Source: the human T2T-CHM13v2.0 reference genome, Homo sapiens
Length of the DNA: 64,000 nucleotides
Assembly: GCF_009914755.1 (NCBI RefSeq)
Contig: NC_060943.1
Reading direction: 5' to 3' (one strand)
Below, one piece after another: positions 49,584 through 64,000 of this stretch. The position numbers were made by a program, and so were the translations under genes. The stretch's first letter is position 1. Each line of letters begins with the position of its first letter. The notes under the pieces are model-generated. The model ran no database searches. It was not told where the DNA came from and worked only from the letters and a program-made list of their open reading frames with translations.

Positions 49584-50124
49584 CTGAAACAAAAACATAA
49601 ACTGAGGTTTTTTTTTTTTTTAAAAAGGTAAAATGAAAGAGTTAAAAATTATAGGCCTCATTCATATTTGTTTTTAAAATAAACATAAGAAAAAAAGAAA
49701 GCTAAATTGAACATTTAGACTGTGTCAAAAAATTGGCAATAATGAGATTAAAGGGTCAAAATTTTAGCTAATTTGCTACAAATTGACTCATTTAGATTTA
49801 AAACTAATGTTAAACAGAAAGAATGTTATCAGAAAAGTAGGAAAGATCTGGGCCAAAGCCATATTTCAAAGCAAAGAACTTGAAAAACAAAATATATAGT
49901 TTCATAAGATCATAGAAAGTTGGAGTAGATGGAAATTTAAAGAGTATCAAAAATTGAATATTTTCTAACTTCTGAGATAAATGGCCTTAACCTTGTGAGA
50001 GAAGGTGCATCTTAAAAAGTTCCCTCAGAGGGCTGGGTGTGGTGGCTTACGCCTGTAATCCCAGCACTTTGGGAGGCTGAGGTGGGCGGATCACAAGGTT
50101 AGGAGATGAAGACCATCCTGGCTA

Positions 50125-51323
<1,199 letters not shown>

Positions 51324-51379
51324 GCTTCTAAACATACTGAACTTCTCACTGACCAAGGTTGTTCTTCACAAATACTCAC

Positions 51380-51460
51380 CTTGGAGAACTCCTTGCTGCA
51401 AGGTTCTCAACTCTTCTTCTTCCAACCAAGAGATGACACTGGGTTTAAAGAGCTGAAATC
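51380..51460 (-). CDS. ZNF560: ZNF560 KRAB-B exon, module 1 (GFQLFKPSVISWLEEEELRTLQQGVLQ)
   Basis: taaag|GATTT acceptor, CAAG|gtgag donor, 81 nt. Confidence 0.92.
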
Positions 51461-52283
51461 CTTTACATGAAGAAATGATACATTAATGGAAGAGGCTCAG
51501 GCCAGGCACAGTGGCTCATGCCTGTAATCCCAGCACTTTGGGAGGCTGAAGTGGGTGGATTACCTGAAGTCAGGAGTTCAAGATCAGCCTAAGATGGTGA
51601 AACCCCCGTCTCTACTAAAAATACAAAAATTAGCTGGGTGTGATGGCGTGTGCCTATAATCCCAGCTACTTGGGGGGCTGAGACAGAAGAATTGCTTGAA
51701 CCCAGGAGGCAGAGGTTGCAGTGAGCCGAGATCATGCCACTGCACTCCATCCTGGACAACAAGAGCAAAATTCCATCTCAAAAAAAAAAAAATAATGGAA
51801 GAGGCTCATGCAAGAGATGATAAACTTTACATTATAGAACTATAGTTCTTAGAGAAAGCAGTGAAATTATTTCAAATGGACTAAAACTGAAAATATCTCT
51901 TATTTCTGTGCACCCCAAAATTGGCTCTCTGACCTCTGAAATGCAAATTCATGCTTATGTGCACATTTACAAAGCAATAACCTTTTAGTCACAGAAATAA
52001 GGTATGTTGTCAAACTCCTGAATGAAGAAAAAAAAGAAAAAAAGTGAAACAAAGAGACCCTTGTATACTTGGAGAATACAACTACACCAGTGATTCTTAA
52101 TATTATAGTGCATCAAATTGATGTGGAAGGATAGTTAACACACAGATGACAATCCAAGTGGAGAGTTTCTGATTCAGTAGGTCAAAGGCAGAGACTAAGA
52201 CTGTACATTTCTAAGGGAGTAACAGTGATGCTGTCGAAACTGGACCACACTTTGAAAACGACCACAGTAATTAAGACCTATTA

Positions 52284-52526
<243 letters not shown>

Positions 52527-53485
52527 CTAAACCATCACATACATGTTGATTTGAGCCAAGTAACAGATTAACCAGTGTTCACTGAAGAATCAGTTAACAG
52601 ACCCCAATGCCTATAAAGAGTTGTGAGGTCTCTCATTATCTACCCAAAGCTTAATAATCCCAGGTAAATCTCAGGTATTCCTCTCTCTATCCTTGCTCTT
52701 TCACTACTTAACAATTCCAGTTGTATGGCTTTAATGGCACATCTCAATCATGAACTTCTCATCACAAGCAGACTGTGAGTGCTTTCTCAACTTATTTCCC
52801 TCTACTAAAAGATATCCCAGAGTACACTGCATCATATACTTGATAAACAGCGATGAATGATTAGCCTTTTTTTTTGGGAAGCAGGGTCTTGCTCTGTCAC
52901 GTAGGCTGGACTGCAGTGGTGTGATCATGGCTCACTGCAGCCTTGACTTACTGGGCTCAAGTGATCGTCCTGCCTCAGCCTCCTGAGTAGCTAGGACTAC
53001 AGCCATGCACCACCATGCCTGGCATTTTTTTTTTTTTTTTTTTTTTTTTGTGGAGACAATGTCTCAGTATGTTGCCCAGGCTGGTCTCAAATTCCTAAGA
53101 TCAAGCGATAATGCCACTCACTTCTCAGCCTCCCAAAGTGCTGAGATTACAAGTGTGAGCCACTGCACCTGGCCAGGATTAGCCTTTGAGTAAAGGATGC
53201 TTTCATCTTCCTTTCCATCTGCCAGACCACTCAGCAAAATAAGAAATATATATCTGGCACCATAAGGGACAAAATTAATTAACAATTACTGAAATGCTGA
53301 AATGCTTTTCAAGGATTATCAGTATGAGAACCTCCACTCCCTGGGGAAATTCAACAAGTGACTCAGTGCTTGAGTGAGTCTTTATTTACTTAAAGAAGCT
53401 CTGGAGACACATCTGCCTAGAAGGAAATGTGTTTACCTGGTGATGCAAGTATGTCATTTTGTGGAAGTATACATTTTCTGCATAC

Positions 53486-53515
53486 CTGATAACAATTTGT
53501 CAGGCAGTAAGCCAT
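53486..53515 (-). CDS. ZNF560: ZNF560 first coding segment (MAYCLTNCYQ). The exon spans 53486-53571 including 5'UTR.
   Basis: AAGATGG Kozak context, CAG|gtatg donor, cttttccag acceptor at 53571/53572, phase-0 join to KRAB-A. No CpG-island promoter for this gene lies within the window. Confidence 0.88.
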
Positions 53516-53775
53516 CTTCCTTTCTGCCTCTGTCTTTTCTTCATGAAGGCAGATTGGGTTCCTAGAAAGACCTGGAAAAGAAAGAAGGCATAAGAGCCCA
53601 GACATAATCACAGTTCCAACATTCGCATGCATGGAAGTTATTCCAACCTGGTTCGAAATTCTCTTATAATTCATATAAACTCACATAAATATACATTACA
53701 TCCATAAAATGCCACTGCACTTCTGTCTAACCTAGAGCAAGAAAAAGGAATTGTGGGCCAAGCTGTCGTAAGTAA

Positions 53776-53982
<207 letters not shown>

Positions 53983-54325
53983 TAGTTTTAGTAGAGATGG
54001 GGTTTCACCGTGTTACCCAGGATGTTCTCCATCTCCTGACCTCATGATCCGCCCAACTTGGCCTCCCAAAGTGCTGGGATTACAGGCATGAGCCACTGCA
54101 CCTAGCCAGGTAAAGAAACTTAAGACCTGAGGAATGTAAGTCTTTTTGTGCCCATGGTGATATAACTCACAAATGAGATTATGCAGCACCTCTTCTCAAA
54201 GAACACACTTAAGGGGGCTAACTTACACAACAGGCCTCTCTGGCACACTTCAACAACTCAGAAAGGAACTACTAGTGTGAATACTAAGGCCTAGAGCCCT
54301 GGACTATATATTCTGCATGGGGTAC

Positions 54326-55032
<707 letters not shown>

Positions 55033-55645
55033 GGTTACCTAAAGCAGATTTTTGGAAAAACTTACCATAGGGCAAATCCTGTGAGGCTGACAGTGAAATA
55101 TGTCTGGACACAGTTTTTTGTGATTCCAAGGACATATCAGGGTAGCTTATAAATCTAAGTGGATAACTGGCAATCTATTCCTCTTTATATAGAGTATCTG
55201 GACTCATGTAGACATCAATCATTAATCAACAAGCGTTACTTATCAGTCATCAAATACCATATATTAAATCTTTACTGCTGGTGATATGTGTAAAACCCAC
55301 TAGAAATAGTATATGTTCTGTATAAAATGAGTATTAATAACACCAACTGCCATTTACTAGGGACTGTTATATGTTAGACATTACATATATATACACATAC
55401 ATATGTGCATATACATATATACATATATATATGCTCACTTATCTGAACAATATCCCTATTTAGTGCTGAAAAAAATCTAAATTCAGAAAACACAAATGAC
55501 TCTTCTAATATCATCTACTTAGGAAGCGGTGAACCAGGACTTGAATGCAGTCAAGTTTGTCCCTAAGTCTAATCCTCTGTGGTTGTTATTACTCCCCCAT
55601 AATGACTGCCATATAAAGGACTCTGGGAATTGATACCTGGCTTAC

Positions 55646-55797
55646 TTAAAATGTGCTATTCTACTTTTGACTATAAAGAATTAGAACAAGAATGTCATCC
55701 TTTACAAACAAGTCAGAACTCATTTCCAACTCTGGTTGCTTCAACAGGGTTCCAAGTAGAACACTGAAGTTAGCGTTCAGAGTTCTGCCCATTGCTC
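55646..55797 (-). other. Candidate non-coding 5'UTR exon of ZNF560
   Basis: ctcttgcag acceptor and gtaagc donor on the minus strand in apparently unique sequence. Splice signals only. Confidence 0.3.
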
Positions 55798-57765
55798 CTG
55801 CAAGAGGACAAAAAACATGCAGAGCAGCAATCGCAAATCAGACTCTGCCCCTTATATTGACTATTTGATGGGTCTTCTCAGAAAATCACCTTTTATTATT
55901 ATTCATGAGTTCTCTTTTTCCTAAAATTTCTGCTTGTATTTTTATCCCTTCCTTCCTTTATGGTTCTTACAAATCAAATGAAAAACGCAATTGAGATCAT
56001 CAACAGTAGAGAAGGAAAAGAAAAAAATCTTTGAACTTGAAAACAGACTACTTAGAAATACACAAAGGAGAAAAAACAAAAATGAAGAAAAATTACAAGA
56101 TTCAAGGGACATCATCAAAAGAGCAAATTTTTGAGTTACAGGAGTATAAGAAGACAAGAAAGAAAGAGAACACATACTTAAAGAAACAATAACAACATTT
56201 CCACACTGAGGAAAATATATAAATATCCATACTCAGGAAGGGCAAACATCTCCAATCACATTCAATCCAAACAAGGCTACCCTAAGATATAATATAATCA
56301 AACAGTCAAAAATGAAAAGCAAAGTGAAGATCTTGGAAGCAGCATGAAAAAAGATGCAAATCACATATGAACGAGTTCCAATAAGGTTATGAGCAGACCT
56401 GTCACCAAAGACCTTACAGGCCAGGAGAGAATGGGATGACATATATAAACTGCTGTCAGGAAAAACAAACAAACAAAAAAACTGCTCACAAAGAATACCA
56501 TACCCAGCAAAGCTGTCCTTCAGGAATGAAAAAGAGATGAAGATTTTCAAAGAAAAACAAAAGCAGAGGTAGTTCATCGACACCAGACCTAATAAGAAAT
56601 GCTAAAGGGAGTTCTCAAGCTTAAAAAAAGGACACTAATTAGTAACAAGAAAACAAAGCACAAAACTCAGGTAAAAATAAGCACGTAGCTAAATTCAGAA
56701 TACTCAAACACTGTAATGGTGGTTTATAAATGAATTATATCCTTACGATGAAGGTTAAGAGATAAAAGTATTAGGAACAGTAAGAGCTAAAATAATTAAG
56801 GGATATACAATATAAAAATATGTAAATTACAATATCAGAAAAATAAAATGAGGAGAGGTTGAGTTAAAGTATAGTTATTTTATGTGATCACAGTTATCGG
56901 CTTAAAATATCCTGCTATAAGATGTTTCATATAAGTCTTATGGTAACCACAAAGCAAAAATGTATAGCCAACACACAAAAGATAAAAAGTAAAGAATCAA
57001 AAGTACACTAGAGAAAATTATTAATCACAAAAATAGACAAAGGAAGAAACAAAGAATATAAAAAAAAACCCCACAAAACTTAACGAGCCAGGTGCAGTGC
57101 CTCATGCCACTAATCCCTGCACTTTGGGAGGTGGAGGCAGGTGGATCACTTGAGGCCAGAAGTTCAAGACTAGCCATGGCCAACATGGCGAAACCTTGCC
57201 TCTACTAAAAATACAAAAATTAGCCAGGCATGGTGACGGGCACCTGTAATCCCAGCTATTCAGGAGGCTGAGGCAGGAGAATCACTTGAATGGGCAGGAG
57301 AATCGCTTGAACCCAGCAGATGAAGATTGCAGTGAGCCAAGATCATGCCACTATACTCCAGCCTGGGATTTTTTTTTTCCAAAATGGAAAAAAAAAAAGA
57401 AAGAAAACTATTAACAAAATGGCAGTAGTAAGTACCTACCTACAATGATTACTCTGAATGCACACACACTAAATTCTCCAATTCAAAGACAGAATGGCCA
57501 AGTGGATTAAAAAAACAAACAAAGACACAAATGATCATGTTGTTTACAAGAGACTCACTTCATCCTTAAGGACATACATAAATTAAAAACAAAAGGGCAG
57601 GGGAAAAAACACTCCACACAGATAGAAACCAAAAGACAGCTAAGTTAAGTATTACTTATATCAGACAAAGTGAACTTTAAGTCAAAAACCGTAACAGGAC
57701 ACAAAGGTCGTTATATGATAATAAAGGAATCTACCAATCAATAAGATAGAATAATTATAAATATA

Positions 57766-58141
57766 CAATTGGCCATCTGAATTCATGAGTACCACATCTC
57801 CACTTATTAGGGTAGATTCAACCTGCCATGGATTGAAAATATCCAGAAAAAAAAAATGCATGGGTCCAACTTTATTATATATGTGCACATATTTTCCCTG
57901 CTCATTATTCCCCAAATAATACAGCAAAACAACTATTTACATAGCATTTACTTTAAGTTTTACAGTAATCTAAAGATATTTTAAAGTACATGAGAGGATG
58001 TGCATGATTTTCAAACAAATACAACATCATTTTATAAGAGACTTGAACATGCCTAAATTTTGGTATCCACAGGTGGGGGAGGGGTTATAGGAAGGGGGGT
58101 TATCCTGAAACAAATCCCCCACAGATTCCAAAGGATGACTA
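57766..58141 (+). mobile_element. MER2 (Tigger)
   Basis: Preceded by TA; acaactatttacatagcatttac and aaatcccccacagattccaaaggatgact match the recalled MER2 consensus. Confidence 0.8.
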
Positions 58142-59078
58142 CATATGCCAACAACAACAGAGCACGTAAACATATAAAGCAAATTAATAATAGATCTGAA
58201 GACAGAGATAGATTGCAATAAAATAATGGGAGACTTTAATACCCTACTTTGAACAACGGACAGATCATTCAGACAGAAAATCAATAAAGAAACATGAGAC
58301 TAGAACTACACTTTAGACCAAAACAATCTAACAACATACACAGAACATTCCATCCAACAGCAGCAAAATACACATTCTTCTCAAGTGCACACAGAACATT
58401 ATCCAAGATAGATCATATGTTAGGTCACAAAACAACAACAACAACAACAAAGCAAGTCTTAACAAATTTAAGAAGCTTAAAATCATATCAAACATCTTTT
58501 CTGACTACAGCTGTAAGAAAATAGAAATCAACAATAGGAAGAAAATTAGAAAATTCACAAATAGGTGGAAATGAAGTAACACACACCTGAACAAGCAAAG
58601 GATTTAAGAGGGCAGTTAATAGCAATAAATGCCTATATGAAAAAAGAAAATCACAAGTAAACACCCTAACACTGCACCTTGAGGACTTAGAAGAACAACA
58701 AGAACTAAGCTGAAAGTTAGTAGAAGGAAGGAAATAATAAAGACCAGAACTGAAATAAATGAAACTAAAAAAAAATCACAAAAGATAAAGGAAACTAAAA
58801 GTTTTCTGAAAAGATGAACAAACCTTTAGATAGATCAAGGGGTGAAGAGAAAAAAAAAAAGCCGGGCACAGTGGTTCACAACTGTAATTGCAGCACTTTG
58901 GGAGGCTGAGTTAAAAGGATCAACTGAGCCCAGGAGTTCAAGGCCAGCCTGAGCAACATAGCAAGGTCCTCATCTGTACAAAAAAATGCTTTCAAAAATA
59001 GCTGGGACTGGGCATGGTGGCTCACACCTGTAATCTCAGCATTTTGGGAGGCCAAGGTGGGAAGATTGCTTGAGCTCA

Positions 59079-60630
<1,552 letters not shown>

Positions 60631-60836
60631 AGGAAGGGAGGGGGGAAGGGGGAGAAGGAAGGAAGGAAGGAAGGAAGGAAGAAAGGAAGGAAGCCAGGCA
60701 TGGTAGCACAAACCTGTAGTCCTAGCTACTCAGGAGGATCACTTGAGACCAGGAAGTCAAGGCTGCATTGAGCCATGACTGCAGCACTGCACTCCAGCAC
60801 AGGCAAGAGCAAGACCCTTTCTCAAAAAGAAAAGAC

Positions 60837-62503
60837 CTCCCCCTCCCCCTCCCCCTCCCTCTCCCCACGGTCTCCCTCTCCCTCTCTTTCCACGGTCTCC
60901 CTCTGATGCCGAGCCGAAGCTGGACTGTACTGCCACCATCTCTGCTCACTGCAACCTCCCTGCCTGATTCTCCTGCCTCAGCCTGCCGAGTGCCTGCAAT
61001 TGCAGGCGTGCGCCACCATACCTGACTGGTTTTCGTATTTTTTTGGTGGAGACGGGGTTTTGCTGTGTTGGCCGGGCTGGTCTCCAGCTCCTAACCAGGA
61101 GTGACCTGCCAGCCTCGGCCTCCCGAGGTGCCGGGATTGCAGATGGAGTCTCGTTCACTCAGTGCTCAATGTTGCTCAGGCTGGAGTGCAGTGGCGTGAT
61201 CTTGGCTCGCTACAACCTCCACCTCCCAGCCGCCTGCCTTGGCCTCCCAAAGTGCCGAGATTGCAGCCTCTGCCCGGCCGCCACCCCGTCTGGGAAGTGA
61301 GGAGCGTCTCTGCCTGGCCACCCATCGTCTGGGATGTGAGGAGCCCCTCTGCCTGGCTGCCCAGTCTGGGAAGTGAGGAGTGCCTCTTCCCGGCCGCCAT
61401 CCCGTCTAGGAAGAGAGGAGCGTCTCTGCCCGGCTGCCCACCATCTGAGATGTGGGGAGCACCTCTGCCCCGCCGCCCCGTCTGGGATGTGAGGAGCGCC
61501 TCTGCCCGGCCGCGACCCCATCTGGGAGGTGAGGAGCATCTCTGCCCAGCCGCCCCGTCTGAGAAGTGAGGAGCCCCTCCGCCCAGCAGCCGCCCCGTCT
61601 GAGAAGTGAGGAGCCCCTCCGCCTGGCAGCCACCCCATCTGGGAAGTGAGGAGCGTCTCCGCCTGGCAGCTGCCCTGTCCAGGAGGTGGGGGGTCAACCC
61701 CCGCCCGGCCAGCCGCCCCGTCCGGGAGGGGGGTGGGGGGTCAGCCCCCGCCCGGCCAGCCGCCCCGTCCGGGAGGGGGGTGGGGGGTCAGCCCCCGCCC
61801 GGCCAGCCGCCCCGTCTGGGAGGGAGGTGGGGGCCAGCCCCCCGCCGGCCAGCCGCCCCGTCAGGGAGGGAGGTGGGGGGCGCCTCCGCCCGGCCGCCGC
61901 CCCGTCTGGGAGGTGGGGGGCGCCTCTGCCCGGCTGCCCCTTCTGGGAAGTGAGGAGCCCCTCTGCCCGGCCGCCACCCCATCTGGGAGGTGTACCCAAC
62001 AGCTCATTGAGAACGGGCCATGATGACGATGGCGGTTTTGTCGAATAGAAAAGGGGGAAATGTGGGGGAAAGATAGAGAAATCAGATTGTTGCTGTGTCT
62101 GTGTAGAAAGAAGTAGACATAGGAGACTCCATTTTGTTCTGTAGTAAGAAAAATTCTTCTGCCTTGGGTTGCTGTTGATCTGTGACCTTACCCCCAACCC
62201 GGTGCTCTCTGAAACATGTGCTGTGTCCACTCAGGGTTAAATGGATTAAGGGTGGTGCAAGATGTGCTTTGTTAAACAGATGCTTGAAGGCAGCATGCTC
62301 GTTAAGAGTCATCACCACTCCCTAATCTCAAGTACCCAGAGACACAAACACTGTGGAAGGCCCCAGGGTCCTCTGCCTAGGAAAACCAGAGACCTTTGTT
62401 CACTTGCTTATCTGCTGACCTTCCCTCCACTATTGTCCTATGATCCTGCCAAATCCCCCTCTGTGAGAAACACCCAAGAATGATCAATTAAAAAAAAAAA
62501 AAA
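60837..62503 (+). mobile_element. Full-length SVA (SVA_B/C-like), antisense in a ZNF560 intron
   Basis: (CCCCCT)n head, antisense Alu-like domain, GC-rich VNTR (~61270-61990), SINE-R, ATTAAA + poly(A). Confidence 0.95.
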
Positions 62504-62534
62504 GAAACAGAAGAACTGCTGAAAGCCATTGCAC

Positions 62535-63088
<554 letters not shown>

Positions 63089-63731
63089 TCAGATATGAGA
63101 GAGGAAACATTACAACTGTTAACTACAGAAATACAAAGGATCATAAAAGACTACTTGGAAAAATTACATGCCAACAAACTGGATAACCTAGCAGAGATGT
63201 ACAAATTTCTAGACACACACAACCTACCAAACACTAAATACTAAAAAGGAGAAAATCTGAACAGACCAATAATGAAGAAGGAGACCAAATCACTAACTAA
63301 AAATCTCCCATCAAACACACACCTAGGACTTGACTGCTTCATGGCTGAATTATATAAGACATCTAAGAATATCTAAACCAATCCTTCTGAAATTATTCCA
63401 AAAAACTGAAGAAGGATGCTACAAAGAGAAACTTACAGGCCAATATCCCTAAGTATACAGATGCAAAAATCCTCAACAAAATACTAGCAAGCTGAATTCA
63501 ACAGCACATTAAAATTATCATTCATAATGATCAAGTAGGATTTATCCCTGGAATGCACGGATGGTTCAACATATGCAAATCAATGTGATTAGAACCACAT
63601 TAACAGAATTAAGTATAAGAATCATATGATCTTGTCAACAGATGCAGAAAAAGGATGAGATCACACCACTGCACTCCAGCCTGGACGACAGAGCAAGACT
63701 ACATCTCAAGAAAAAAAAAAAAAAGTGCTGA

Positions 63732-63923
<192 letters not shown>

Positions 63924-64000
63924 TAGTAGAGACAGGGTTTGGCCACACTGGTCTTGAACTCCTGGCCTCAAGTGATCCTCCCGCTTCTATCTCCCAAAGT

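Noticed and set aside
60722-62483. Many overlapping Pro/Gly/Arg-rich ORFs and CRISPR-like periodicity
   Set aside because: SVA VNTR tandem units with no unique spacers; GC-rich repeats lack stops by composition.

Overview
This is primate (most likely human) genomic DNA from a KRAB zinc-finger gene cluster. The minus strand carries the complete 8-exon CDS of a double-KRAB C2H2 gene (53515..44779). The exons sum to 2373 nt (790 aa), and I recognise the protein as ZNF560 (chr19p13.2). A CpG-island promoter with minus-strand non-coding exons at ~13.0-14.0 kb is probably the 5' end of neighbouring ZNF266 (inferred from recalled gene order). Most of the rest is transposable-element sequence. It includes an ancient ERVL provirus pile (0.9-9.3 kb), a near-full-length decayed HERV-K(HML-3)/MER9 provirus (32110-40803) containing an antisense LTR14-type solo LTR, an SVA, several L1s, MaLR LTRs, MER1A/MER2/MER3/MER6 DNA elements and about 45 Alus. 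Repeat family names come from recalled consensus sequences, not a database search. I found no evidence of a new multi-gene system. The most unusual observations are: (1) the nested LTR is flanked by a 155-bp duplication instead of a 5-6 bp TSD; (2) the ZNF560 stop appears to come from a 2-nt slip that strands an intact zinc finger and a fossil finger array downstream; (3) a frame-symmetric 3-exon KRAB duplication has a different half of the DV motif altered in each copy; (4) a template-switch hairpin sits in the HML-3 protease; (5) there is a possible L1 3' transduction block.
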